Positions 1-13,025 of a DNA stretch of 64,000 nt are shown here, piece by piece (within the stretch, counting starts at the first letter, position 1; every line of letters starts with the position of its first letter). Source of the stretch: Takakia lepidozioides (Eukaryota > Plantae > Bryophyta); assembly GCA_030704615.1 (NCBI GenBank), contig CM060731.1, positions 45,880,001 through 45,944,000 on the forward strand. The letters run 5' to 3'. The translations under genes and the position numbers were made by a program. The notes under the pieces are model-generated. The model searched no databases. It saw only the letters and a list, made by a program, of their open reading frames with translations, and was not told where the DNA came from.

Positions 1-640
1 TAAAATCATCTGTGATGATCAAACCGGTTTCATGAAAGGTTGGATGATCTTGACAAGCGCTCTTTTTGCTCATGAAGCCTTGCACGTAGCCGAAACTTCT
101 CATCAACATCCCCCTCTAGCATTTCTTATGTTAGATTTTGGAAGGCCTTCGATTCGATTGACTGGGAATTCCTGCCTTGCATGGTCCCTTCTTGGGTCAA
201 AATCTCACTCTCCTCAGTTTCTAGCAAGATGAATCTGGTCAATGGATTAATCTCCTCGTTCTTCCCTCTCTCCCGCTCTTTTAGGCAGGGTTGCCCCCTC
301 ACTCCCAATTTGTTTTTCATTGCTGCATACAGTCTAGGCCACCTAATAGACTACAAACTAGATATCAGCGGTGTTCAACCCCCCTCATTTTGGTCAGCCC
401 TCTTATTTAAAGCTTTCTGTATGCGGACGATGCTGTCATGACTTATGGATAATTCTGATCAAAGTAATATCGGCAGGACATTCAATTGATTTCTTTTTGC
501 TTAGATTCGGGTCTCAAGATTAACTGGGCTAAATCACTTTGTTTGCTCCCAAAGCTGCAGGCTAATGCACCTTTGGCTCATTGCCCACCCTTCGGATTGG
601 GATTTGGACTCCAGTGGCTGCCTGAAGATGCCTCATACGC
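1..640 (+). mobile_element. Degenerate L1-type LINE reverse transcriptase fragment
   Basis: Frameshifted RT motifs across frames: DQTGFMKG, LDFG/KAFDSIDWEFL, LSRSFRQGCPLTPNLF, YADD, SGLKINWAKS. Runs off the window start; the 3' boundary is approximate. Confidence 0.8.
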
Positions 641-2484
641 TCACTAAAGACCAAAGGTTTCAAAGTGTGATTGTTATCAACATATCATTGTTACTTTGAC
701 ACCCCTGTAAGCACCAATTGAGTTGAACTCTGGTACACTGAAAAAAAACTACTGACTAAGCTGATTTCCATTCTCCCACTGTCAGCGCTTCCTAAAGGTG
801 GAGCCAGCTTGAATAGACCCTTGAGCGCATCTGGACTTCCAGATTTGCCAAAGAGTGTGCGCTCTCAAACATGCCCACACTGGATATGCTCTTGCATAAA
901 CAAATGTGAGGGACATTGTTCCAGTTAGCAAGATGTGGGCCTAAACCTACAGATACTCCTCAGGCGAAACATGTAAGGCTTAACAAAAAAACTATTAGAA
1001 GAAACAGACAAAGGACCAGATCTTGGATGCTCCGTGGACTCCATAGAGCCAGTGCACAAAGAGCAGATCATCGTGTCAAAGAGTGATTTCGTTATCTAAC
1101 ATGGTATCATAGCCACCAATTCTATCTAGACTCTGGTAGACACAAGACAAGAGTTCATGGGAAAAATTCGTTGACATGAGGATTCCAAAAAGGATAAGAT
1201 AAGGCAAACTTCGTACATCTAGAATCTTCAAAAAGTAGATGGGCAGATTTCAAGATGTCAACTGAGCAGGTTAGATATATTGAGGGGCTAGTTTCCTTGA
1301 AATGGAACAAAGTGGAAGCTGACATCAACTCCTTGTTAGTAGGGATGTGTGTCGAGCTTTTTTTACCTTGAGGCCGAGAGGTTGAGACACGATAGGAGCT
1401 ACACATGTGGTGAGGTGGGGGTAGCAACGGGAGTGGGGGTGGACAGTCCTTAATGGGTTGATGTGAAGTGGGAATAGATTGGTAACTTATTACTTCTCCT
1501 GTCAACCACAACCCTTTCTCGACAGCCTTGAATTCATGAAGGGTAGCATCCTTGATTACGAGGCCGAAAGCTTTGTAGAAGGTGCGATCATGGAGCTATC
1601 AGGAAAAAGCTTGATTGGTTGTGGGTACAACTATTTCCAAGATTGATGGCGCGGGCAACTTTTCAAAGACTTTGATCTCTCATGGGGGCAAGGGCATCGT
1701 CCGCCAACCCGGCATGTGCTTTCACTGGAAAAACTCTCCCCCAAGGTTGGGGGCTTGCAAATTGAGAGAATGTCAATTGGAGGCACTGCCGAGCCCGAGA
1801 TTCAAAACTCACCTTTTGACTGTATAGTCTTTGAGGCCTCCAGCCTTCTCCCTCATTTTGTCTTTGTTCCCCTTTGGAATGTCTCATTCTTCTCTACTGT
1901 CCCCCGGCCTCTCTTGGCCTTCGTTTTTTCCTTGTGCAACTGTTGCCAGTTCACCACCTTTCGTCCTTGTGACCCTGGTCTCAGTGTTTGTGGCTTCTCA
2001 CTTCTTTCTTGCTGACTGTTGGCTACCCTCTCTAAGCCTCTAAGCCCCCCAAGTGACTTATTTTTCCACTTTTCAATTCATTTGTGGGCTTCATCCCCTT
2101 TAATCAAAATAAATAAACAAATTGTTGCTAGGAGATCTCCTGTGTCCAACACGTAGCTTTCAGATAGTTGATATGTGTCAACTCTCTGCAAAGCTGGCCA
2201 AACTGGAACATGCTGACTATCATGATTATCAGGCTATGATCTCCCTCAGCTGGCCCTTTCAGGATTCCATGTTTTGCCTGACTATGCATGGCAAAATTAC
2301 TTGTGCCAGGATCCAATCTAAAGCAATAGAATGCCCATTCTATTCGGATTCTAGACCCTTTCTTTCAGTTTATCTGCGAGGGTTTTCTACTGGTGATAGA
2401 TTTTCCTGCAGATGACAACTGAGATGTAAATAATGCTCCGTGCTGCCATTTATAAATGCACCAATAACTATGTTTCCTAGTGGT

Positions 2485-5400
2485 TTACTCCCATTCAACT
2501 GTAGAGGGTGGCTTTGATGTGATATCGTACACCACTCTATTGATACCCCTCACGCTGTTGCAAATCTTGGCAGACACATTGGACAAAAACTTTGAATCAA
2601 AGTGATACCTGCAAAAAAACCACAATAAATCAGGAGCTACTCCCCTCCTATACTTTTGTTCAATACTATTTTCTCTTGCCGGCAGAGACTCAGCCCATAC
2701 ACCATTTTTGTCAACTCCATGCAACCATTCTCCTCTGCAGGACCGAGTGACTTGTCTCAGGAGCGAGGATAAAAGAATCCCCTAACGCACATGTAATTCA
2801 ACATGTCGATTATGCAAATGACATTCAACGAGCATAGCCACTGCCTGTAATATTCGTTTTCTTTCGGACCCAGCTACCCAGAAACAGAGTTTACACTGAC
2901 TAAAGCAAATTATGCTTAACCACTCCAGAACACTGAATGGATCCCCCTTATCCTCCCTCTAATAAGGGAAATGAGGGGAGGAGACAATACCAATCAGCAG
3001 TCATGCCATCTTCACTTGTGATCGCACGCAAAGCAACGGCATGAGAATGGGTGCGTTGGTCCCCTTGCACACCCACAGTTTTTACTGGCAGATACACAGC
3101 AAATGCTTGCCAGATTTCGTCATATAGACCTGCCTCCCTTATGCAGTTGACGAATATCTCATCCGCCTGTCCCACCCCACCTACATCTTCAAGATACAGC
3201 TCACACAAACTCATACCAATGGTGAACATAACACATCTGGACATGGATTATATTCGCGTGTGTTATGGAAGTCTCCATATACTTGAGTCCTGGCATGGGT
3301 GGGTAGTCCCCATCCATGACTACAAACCCTTACTGAGTGACACGGACTGTGGAAGGCAAAACACAACTGCAGGAAGACAGTCATGAAGACGGGCACCTTG
3401 CAAGTCATACCAGACGAATGGCTTCAAGGGCATTGCCTTGTGTGACATCCCCCAGAATGCGCACGGCCAAGCCAGGTCCAGGGAAAGGGTGCCGCTTCAG
3501 GAATGATTGTGGCACTTCCAGCAGAGCCCCTAACTTTCGCACCTACACATACCAAAACTTTCTTTGTCAGCCCACTGCATGGTATTGCCTATCTGTCAAC
3601 CCTTATACTCTATCTGGTGTCCAATCAAAATTAAAAAATATATTTCCCCGCAGATTGGTAGCACAGCCAACTGCTATACTGAGCTCCGGCACTTTGAAGG
3701 ACGACCTCAGATTCTCTGTAATTTGACCCCTGAGCAAGTGTGTTATTTGTGACAGTGGCAAGAACATCACATAAGTTTCCAACACATCACTACCAATGTT
3801 GTAGAATTTACCCCCAAAAATCATCCAGTCAATTTCTTGGTCCTGATTATGCCTGCAGCCTAGTGCCAGGGACAGCATCTTGTCATACAAATGAGAGGAT
3901 GTAGAAAAATAGACACTCTCTAAAAATGCAGGCAGAATAGTAAATACATTTATACATGATTGGATGCGCATATGTGACAAGTTTTTGCTCAGAATGGGAC
4001 CTCATCTTTGAAAAGCCACTTGAGAGGTTCGACCAGCTTAAGTTTCATCTCTGGGGGCAGCCCGCCAACATTATGATGGCTTTTGATAGTGTGAGAGTGT
4101 GACTTCCCACTTCCTGGAGGTGGGCACGATTCAATGACATCAGGATACAACGTGCCCTGCACCAAAAAAGCTGGCCTCTTCCCTAGTTGTCTCTCCATCT
4201 TAGATGAGAACTCATCAAAAACAGTAATGAATTCGGCTCCAATTATCTTGCGCTTTTGCTCGGGGTCCACCACCCCTTTCAGTTTGTTGAGAAACTGTTC
4301 GGTGGCATCCACAATTGTCACTGGCAAATGCAGGTCCTTCTCAAATGTGTTTGAGACCCGTTCCTTTTCCTTGTACCTGCAACCAGCACACCTGTGTGAA
4401 CAAAACGAGTCCTTGCCAGCTGCTGACTGGACTTTCCTCCCAAAGACCTGAATTCCCACGTTTCAGCCTCTTCTATCAGCAAGGATGTGCAATGTTTTCT
4501 ATTTTTTGCTTGTACTTTTTGGAGGGGGTGTTTGTGTATGGTGCGGGGTCGTCATATTTGAGAACATCATAACTAAACCTAACACATGACACTCTGACGA
4601 GTTCTGCCCAACCTGCCCAGCTCAAAATCAAGCTCCACACCAGTGTTGCTCACCGCCCAAGACCATTGTCGACATACACACAGTGTAGTCGGTCCCCAAT
4701 TGCACGGTGCACCAGTGTGGCAGCCACCGTGGAATCAACACCCCCTGACAGAGCACAAATTGCATGGTCATCAGGCCCCACTGCAGCTTTCACCAGTTCT
4801 ATCTGCTCCATCAGCACGTCCTGCAATTTCCAGTCGGCTGTAATTCCCCCAACCTCCAGCAGGAAGCGGCGCAACGTCTCCGTTCCCCGCACTGAGTGTG
4901 TCACCTATCAGTTTACAACCTTGCTTTGAGCACTGTGCTCTAATATTCTGTAAGTGACCCTGCACAAATGCCTAAAGGACAAACATTTGCTATTCTGCTA
5001 CACTAAGTTTGCTGGGAAACTCCACTGCTCTCATGCCTCCACAACTTGATAGCATACAGATTGGCTGGCGTCTTTCAAAGGACACAGAAAACAAAAAAGA
5101 TGGACTCCTGCCAAACATGCCTAAACTATGTTATCTTTTCACCCCGAAATGCTAATGCCTTCTGCATGAAAGGTGGACACCTTCTAACAGCCATAACCAG
5201 GGAAACCAGATTGCCAAACCCTCCCCCAAAAGGACTCACAAGCCCCCACATAACACATTAACGAGTTGATCTAGCCACCCTCCATTTGTAGTAAACTCCT
5301 TTTAAAGCTGGGAAGGACGCTGAGATTGGACTCATGAAGTCCCAAGATAACATCATTCACTGAGCAACTCACCTAAATTGAATCCCCGAACCACAGCTCC

Positions 5401-6205
5401 TGAAAAAACTTTCTCTAGGTGACTTGCAAGGTACAATTATCTCCTGGTCACTATCAAGTCATCAATTTGCAGAACAATGTCTCACAGAGGTTTGAATTTA
5501 TAGACCGAATGCACTTCTACGGTACACAGTATGGCCCATGGTGTCAAAATCTTCAGAAAATGCATGAATCAGATTCTACCTACAAACTGTACACGTGTTC
5601 GGACCTAGAGCACTCAAAGGACTGCGTAGGGGACGGTCAGAATAAAACAGAACCTCGGGATGATATTGAAGAGCATAAATTCCAGCAGCGCTGTTCTCAA
5701 TGGCAGCAATGTTGCCCTGCAAACTGGTGGCTACGACGTCAAAGCCTGGGGGAAGCTTAATTGCCTCATCACCATGACTCATCCACACGACCTGGTTTGA
5801 GAAGCTTTCTGCATCACCATACAGTTTACTGTCCTTCACAGCAGCTATTTCCATGCGCCCATACTCTTGGCTCTCCGCCTGCTTGACCTCTCCTCCCAGC
5901 ACTTTGACAATAAGGTGCAGCCCGTAACAAACGCCAAGCACCGCGATCCCATGGTCCCTTGTGTACTCGAAGAAGCCATCAGGCACAGTTGGGGAGCCCT
6001 CTTCATGGACAGAATGGGGTCCACCTGAGAGAATTATAACGGAGGGATTGAGCCCCTGAATGGCTTCCAGGGGGGTACCAGCAGGTAAGCAAAAGGAGCA
6101 AATAGAGAACTGTCGGACACGACGGGTGATAAGATGCGTATACTGCGATCCGAAGTCCAGCACCAGCACCACATTCCCTCGATGCCTACCCGCTGCCTTC
6201 TCCAT
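2485..6205 (-). CDS. GMPS: GMP synthase (glutamine-hydrolysing), 6 exons, 536 aa
   Basis: Exons 6205-5654, 4904-4654, 4376-4001, 3542-3411, 3166-2991, 2608-2485; all GT-AG, phases consistent, total 1611 nt. GATase motifs [13 protein letters not shown] (catalytic Cys) and QYHPEV; ATP-PPase SGGVDS; [11 protein letters not shown]; IKSHHNVGG; [11 protein letters not shown]; C-terminal [14 protein letters not shown]. Confidence 0.97.
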
Positions 6206-6264
6206 CTCTGCAACCTTCTCCTTCTCCCTCTCTCGCAATTCCACCCAAGCTCCAGGTTTGGGGT

Positions 6265-6273
6265 TTAGGGTTT
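6265..6273 (-). promoter_or_regulatory. Telo-box (AAACCCTAA) in the GMPS 5' region
   Basis: TTAGGGTTT on the plus strand, 60 bp upstream of the ATG. Telo-boxes are typical of plant growth and biosynthesis gene 5' regions. Confidence 0.5.
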
Positions 6274-6647
6274 GTGGCCTCACGGATGAAAACTCATTCA
6301 GTCATCGTGTTTCGGTGAAGTCCATAAATGGCTGTTGACGTTTTCTTTTTCCCTATTTGTGAGGGGTTAAAAGGTTGACAGCAATGAGGCTTACAAAGGG
6401 GATAACCACCTTGTGGAAAGGTGAGCAGCTCAGGGATAAATGTTTGTTGGCCTATCATTGTCCTGATCCTTTGGCTCTTACTTATGTCGTTGTGTGACTC
6501 ATGCATTACATGATTTATTCCGAGATATACTCATTTAGGAGAGCCACTGTCAAAAGAGCACTATGAAACGTTACCCACAGACATATTGTTGGTGATAAAT
6601 CACCCTCAGCGATACTGTGGCCTCATGGAATGTAACGATCACAGGAT

Positions 6648-6791
6648 ATGCTAAGCACGTGTGCAAAGGTGTGAAAAAAGTGTAAAGTGTCACCAATGCT
6701 AAGCACATGTGCAAAGGTGTGAAAAAAGTGTAAAGTGTCACCAATGCTAAGCACATGTGCAAAGGTGTGAAAAAAGTGTAAAGTGTCACCA
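6648..6791. repeat. Tandem repeat, 3 x 48 bp
   Basis: Unit ATGCTAAGCACATGTGCAAAGGTGTGAAAAAAGTGTAAAGTGTCACCA, three near-identical copies. Confidence 0.95.
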
Positions 6792-6913
6792 GCTGTACAT
6801 ATATAGGGTCGAAAATTTTACACCATTAAAAGCAATTGTTCCCTGAGTGGCTGGAGCTAAGATCTCAACACACTTTTTGAGAAATACTTCTGAAGACCTG
6901 CAGCGCCGCCAAG

Positions 6914-9900
6914 TTGGTGGAGGTGTGTGGAGGTGTTGGCAGTAGCGACAGCGGTAGCAGCGCTAAGCGAGCAGCGGACGCTGTGCAACAGTGGGCCCCA
7001 CGCCGGTCAGGTGGCCTTGATCGGCTCGTCCCCCAGCTCGTTCAGCCCCGACGTCGTACTGTCGTACTGGCACCCAGCTCCAACCCTCACCACAATCCCT
7101 TTACGGCTTACTCCACCATCCTGACAGTTCGCTCCCCAGAGCAACGAGAGGTGCTGAACACAGCCGCAACTGCTCCTGCTGGAAGACCTGCTCCTCTTGG
7201 AAGACCCCATCGCCAACGTACCCCTACCCCTAGCTCACATGTTCCTGATGCGCACCTGAGTCCAAGCTCCAGACACCAAGTTCAAGAAGAGTCGTCCTCT
7301 TCACAACGGTCTTCTCCACCGCTGATTCCAGGTTCTTCCATTGGCGCCCCACCGACCGAAGAACTCCCACAGTGTCTGTTGAGCCCTCCTCCACTGCACC
7401 TCTCAGGTAGGGTTCGAGGTCCCATGCCAGTCACTTCTCCTCCAGGTTCTCCATCCCATTCTCGGCAGCGGCTTCAAGGCAGCCCAACTCCTCGTGGTCA
7501 TGAGCCTCTCCACGTGCCTTCTTCTCCAGTTGTGCAGCCTGCATTGCCGACCCCATCACTCTTACCCCAACAGCAGGCGCCTTTCCCATTAGACCGTACC
7601 CCATGCCCAGCTTGCGGTCGTCTTTTTGCGCGCATCAGAGGGCTTGCACGACACCAGCGCACGTGTGCGGCTCTTCATCAGTCCCACACAAATGGTACTT
7701 CTCCATTTCAGCCTAGTGTCTTGCATGCACCACCTCCTGCCTCTGCATGGCATTGGCTTTCAGCACTAGATGTTCTGGGCGCATTTCAGCTAGGCCTGCC
7801 AAGGCCTCGTCTTTATACAAGAATTCTGGTGGCACTGCGTCATGAGGTCCAACTGGCACTCCGTCTGCCCTTAGACAGGCTGGCTCGTGATCCTGATGAT
7901 ATACCAGCATGGTATCTTTTCTTGTTATTTCCTTGGTGGTGTTTGGTTTTGTCCCCTCGTGGCGGTCAGTCAGGGCACCGAGAGACACGCATCCGTCTTC
8001 GCCGTTTTTTATCCGGAGATTGGGAGAGTCTGCAAGATGAGCATCAATTACGGGCACTAGCCCTTGCGGCACGCGCCCCTCCTGCTTCCTCCACGCAGCC
8101 ACCCTCATCGGCCCACAGGTGACTTCGTCATAGTCTCATGTTAGGCCGCGTTGGCGAGTACTCACGTGCGGCCAAGGCTTTAGCACCTTCCTCACCAGCG
8201 CCTCCATCACCGGATACTGTCATTGCCCTCGAAGCCCTTCACCCATCAGCTCAGGATATTCTGCCGCTTTTTGTCGAGGACTTCGAGCCAGACCAGGATC
8301 TCAAGCTAGATCGGGAGGTCTTTACTCAGGCCTTCACGCGCAGTCCCCATCTTGCAGCGACAGGTCCTTCCGGGCCCCTGTATGAGCACTTACGCGACTA
8401 TTTCTCTCCACAGGACTCTGCTAGTGGCTTCTCTCAGCTATTTCAGATTTGCTCATTTATTGCTGCTGGCCGTATCCCTGCCCCAGTGGCCCACCTCCTT
8501 GGGGCCTCCAGATTGTTGGCTATGAGCAAACCCTCAGGTACTGGTATCCACCCTATCGCAGTTGGAGAGGTTCTTTACCGCCTTGTCAGCCGCTCACTTT
8601 GTCTTCAGTTTCGAGATGCCTTCTCCGGACACCTCTTTCCGCACCAATTCGGGGTCGCCACTCCAGAAGGTTGCGAGGCAGTGGTTCAGGGGATTCGTGC
8701 AGCTCTTGATCTTTATCCGGATTGGGTGGTTCTCCAGGTCGACATCACCATCGCTTTCAACACTGTGTCACGAGCGGCTATCTTTCAAGAGCTCCGTTCA
8801 GTCGGAGGAGATTTCCACCAGCTCATTCTGTTTGTTTGATTATTCTATGCATCCACCACTCCCCTATACTACAGTCATCATTCTCGCCTAGGTGAGTGCT
8901 CCATCATTCAGTCCGAGGTTAGGACCCGCCAAGGCGACCCTTTAGGAGGACCTTTGTTTGCCATAGCTCATGTCCGCGCCCTCACGACTTCTGCACAAGT
9001 ACACTCATCTTTGTCTTTTTCCGTCGGTGGCAGACGACACGCACATTGTAGGCCCTGCCTCACAGGTACTTTCAGCTTATCATCATTTTGTCACCCAACT
9101 CTCTGCCGTGGGCCTTTCAGTGCAACCTCGCAAGTGTGCGGTGTGGTCTCCGTCCGGTCTCCCTACCGATTTTGTCCTCCTTGCTCACTTCATTGCTCCG
9201 CCCAATGGCATCAAAATCCTGGGAGTCCCTTTTGGCACCACCCAGTTCACAACGTCCTTCTTGGAAGATGCACTCCACCAGGATGCCACCCACGCTGATC
9301 TCCTTCCTAGGCTCGGAGATGTACAGGTAGCATATGGAATCTTGACCAAATGTTTCCTTCAGCGTCCCTCATATCTCTTGCGCACTCCCAGCCCAGATTT
9401 CCTACACCTCTTATCTGGGTTTGATACTACCATGATGACTATCTTCGGGAGATTGTTAGGACCAGGAGCTCTGGAGGGTGCTCAGGGACATTTGCCACGA
9501 CAGCAAGTCACCCTGCCCGTCTCTTCCGATGGTGTGGGTCTTTTGTCCACTGTCACTACCGCCCCGTCAGCTTTCCTCGGCAGTTGGGCGTTGGTGGCGC
9601 CAGCCCTCCCTTCACGATTTCTCTGTGACCATCGTCCCATCCTTATGGACGCCGTTGCACATGTCGACAGTGGCATTTTACCCTTCCAGCAGCATCTCCG
9701 CTCTGCACAAGATCTTCTTCCGGCACCGGCACAAGCATGTCTACCACCATTTGAGCAGTTGGTTCCTCAAGGCCTCGACCATCTTCAGGAGTCCATTTCC
9801 GAGCGCGTGCACCGTCATTCCTTTTCCAGCATGCTCTCAAGTGCTTCTTCTGAGTTGCATCGAGCCCGACTTCTATCATGCGCAGGACCCGAAGCAAGGG

Positions 9901-10830
9901 CATGGTTGGTAGCACGACCCGCTATCGCACCTTTTCCTATTTTCACTACTGCGCTCCGCCTTCGACTCGGTTTGCCTCATCCTTTGGCATTGGGCCTTCA
10001 GTACTGCATTTGTCTTCAGCCCATCGATGACCTTGTCATCCATCTCCTCCGCTGTCCATGTGGTGGTGAGCGCACTGCGTCTCATGATATGATTCGCGAT
10101 GCGGTGACATCTATTGCTCGGGAGGCAGGGTATCATGTACTGTGTGAGCAACCACATCTACGACCCACGCTCACGTCCCACTCTACACGCCGCCGTGTTG
10201 ACATCATCCTATCTAGAGATGGTTTGCGTACCCTAGCAGATGTCGTTCACGCCGACCCCACTCGAGCGGATCTGCTATCTCGCGCAGCTACCACACCAGG
10301 CATGGCAACCACTGTAGCAGCTCAGGCCAAGGAGCGCGACTACATCGATTATCACCCCACCGACACATTTCTTCCACTGGCGGTCGAGATATTTGGTTCA
10401 TTGCACCGGCACTTCGACGATTTCTTACGGACATGTGCACATCATGCAGCCAAGAGCGGGTCCACTGGCATCCCACATGTCTCCATCCTTATCGCCTATT
10501 ATCGACAATGTGTTTCAGTTGCTTTGCAGAGAGCACAAGCCATATCTATTTTGCATCGGGCTGATGTGGCTAGCTCCGCGTCATCTCATCTTCCGCCTCT
10601 GCCTGACACTTTGCCTATCTCCTTGCCTGATCTCCTCCAGGCTGTTGGCTGGGAGGGTCGTTATGCTTGAGTAGCTTACTATAGCTTCTGTTTTCATCGC
10701 TGGTTGAGTAGCTTACTATAGCTTTTGTTTTCTTCTCTAGTTGAGTAGCATACTATAGCTTTTTGTTTTCCTCTCTTGTTTCTTGTTCCTCCCCACCTTT
10801 TTGGGAACTTCTCATCATATGCGCGTTCAC
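6914..10830 (+). mobile_element. CRE/R2-type non-LTR retrotransposon (RLE endonuclease), near full length, inactivated
   Basis: One ancestral ORF 6914-10670 broken by TGA at 8120 and 8837 and a frameshift near 8990. N-terminal Zn finger CPACGRLF..GLARHQRTC; RT motifs HPIAVGEVLYRL, QFGVATPEGCE, RQGDPLGGPLF, ADD; CCHC motif CIC..HLLRC; RLE motifs SHDMIRD, RVDIIL, ADV, KERDY. No APE domain. Ends approximate. Confidence 0.85.
10667..10772. repeat. 3 x 37-bp tandem repeat in the 3' UTR of the RLE element
   Basis: TTGAGTAGCTTACTATAGCTT(C/T)TGTTTTC starting at 10667, 10704 and 10741. Confidence 0.9.
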
Positions 10831-11370
10831 CCATTGTACATGTTGTAAATAAAGTCTTAGAGGGTTCCACCAATGATCAAGTGTTGCAGTCACAATTAAT
10901 TAGACTTGGGTTCAAGTAAGTGGGTGAGGTGAGCATTAGAGAGGTTCTTGACTTTTTTCACAAAAATATGCAAAACCTAAATCTCATGCCACCTTTTTCT
11001 TATATTTAAGACAAAGTTTGCTTATTTCATTTGATTAAAGGTTCTCCGTCCCCTTTCGGTTTTAAAAAAAAGTTTGCTCAGATCTACTAGTAATGAATCT
11101 GAGAGCCAGCTTCTTGTGAAGTCACAATTTTTGTAGATGGAAGAGCACAGAGAGATGAAACGAAATGAAATGAAATGGTGCTTTATAACGTCCGCGGAAA
11201 GCTCAAAGAGCTTATGGGACAAAAGGGAGGAACAAAGCCAAGAATAAGAGCTATTGCTCGAGTGATTGTCTTCTGGTGAAGGCCTCGTGCAGGTAAGCTG
11301 CCAAGCATTTCTGATCCTCATATGAAAGACTTCAGTGAGATTGATTGAGTTCCACTTTACTAGAGTTAGC

Positions 11371-13015
11371 TTAGATATCAGACGCAGGAGCTTCGGGGGC
11401 TACCCATAGAAAGATGACGCCCATCAGTCCAGAATGGGGACCCCCGACCTTGCTATATTTTACTTGAAACCGCAGGGCCTCACCCGCACGTATCTTCGCC
11501 GTCGAGCTCCCCAAAGTCGGGTAACATGTCACAATTCCAACGACGTAACCCTTCTCATTCCCGGCGGTGGAGCCACTGCCGTAAATGGGTGGAGAGTTGC
11601 AGATAACCCGCCCATCTTCTCCGTAGATAGTTGCATTCAGGCTTGAAGCATGGAGGTGAGAGGAAACAAGGATGACGTCGGCTCCATGAGGAAACACCTT
11701 CACCACTTCTTGTGTGTCTACACATTCTTCTAAGAATACATTCGCACTGTTGCAACCCTCTACATCAAATTCGACCGTCACTGTCCCGTCACCTGCCTTG
11801 TCGGTCACATCCATTGATTCTTGCACTAAAGGTACTACGCACTCATCCCAGGCTACGTAGTCCCAGGTATACTGCCAAACAAACATCCACCAGTGGTGCA
11901 GGCATTAACAAATTATCAACTCAGTAACTAACATCGAGACATCTAGACATCCTAACTCTAAGAAGGACGCCAGTGTACAGGACGATCACAGAACTAGTAA
12001 GGTGAGATGATTACCTGCAAGTAGATAGTCCTCTCCAAAATCTCTGTATTGAAACCTTCCTTCAAAGTGCAGCGAGATTCGTCAACACAACACTGGCGGC
12101 CCCCGAGGTAATGCTCGGGCAAGGAACTATGTATGCTATCTCCATCCTTGGTGAACAGATCACATCTGCATTTCCCATCTGTTGGATTATACCCGAGTCC
12201 TCATTGCCGAGCATTGATGCTTCGTATGAAAAGATTCGTCTTATAAAAGCAGTCAAAGGGTAGCTACGGTTAATTAGAACTGAAGGGGTGCACGGACAGA
12301 ATGCAAGAAGCACGCTAAGCCTTCAAATTCAGAGCCCCTATTTACAATCCACTCCGACTACGGAAAAGTATCAAGTTCAGCTGTGGCTCGGTGCAAACCT
12401 GCATTCAGTGCACCCCATTCTGTCTACAGCGCCCCTCGTGTCGATGCCATGCACGTTCAGAACCCACTCAGATTTATAACCAGCCGGAGGGTTACCTCCC
12501 TCCAATCCGTATGGAGCAGGAAACTTCGTGATCAGACGCCGGGTCTCTGCACCCTTCGCCCAATATTGAAGCACCACTGGTGGCTTGCGGCCAAACATTC
12601 CATCGGGAGACGTTCCAGCGCTTGAGGCCGTTGGATACATATGACCCGGCTCCCTCTCCACCGTCTCTTTGAACTCCATGTCTGTGAGTATATCATCCTC
12701 AGCCCTGCCATACTCATACATAATCCAGTGGTGGAGATACACATCGTAAAGTGGCACAGATTCACCGTTCTCGTACACAAGCTCTGCAGTGAAGTCCCGA
12801 GTGGCGAATCGACCAGGGGGCGACTCCACTATAAAATATTTGTTTTTCACGTCCCCTGGACGGAACACCAGGGGCGGAGACCTGAAGGTGAGGCTCTTGC
12901 TAGCTTCATGCAGAGACGGGCAACCTGCTTCACTGTTTTGAACATTGTGTGCGCCGCTTGTCACTCCACCCAACCAGAGCAAGGCTACCGCCACGACAAG
13001 GGCTTTCAATGCCAT
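11371..13015 (-). CDS. Stress up-regulated Nod19 (SURNod19)-family secreted protein, 3 exons, 422 aa
   Basis: Exons 13015-12399, 12165-12015, 11871-11371 (GT-AG, 1269 nt, phases consistent). Hydrophobic signal peptide; family motifs FRSPPLVFRPG, SVPLYDVYLHHW, GAETRR, LNVHGIDTRG..DRMGCTECRCDL, GRVICNSPPIYG, GNEKGYVVG, HSGLMG. Confidence 0.9.
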
Positions 13016-13025
13016 AGCTGCCTGA

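Noticed and set aside
640-2120. Continuation of the LINE to an A-rich 3' end near 2120
   Set aside because: Plausible but too degraded to support.
5576-6283. GTG-started single-exon GATase ORF as a separate bacterial-type gene
   Set aside because: It is exon 1 of the spliced GMPS; the ATG is at 6205 and the donor at 5653.
6571-6789. ORF with 16-aa repeats
   Set aside because: Simply the translation of the 48-bp tandem repeat.
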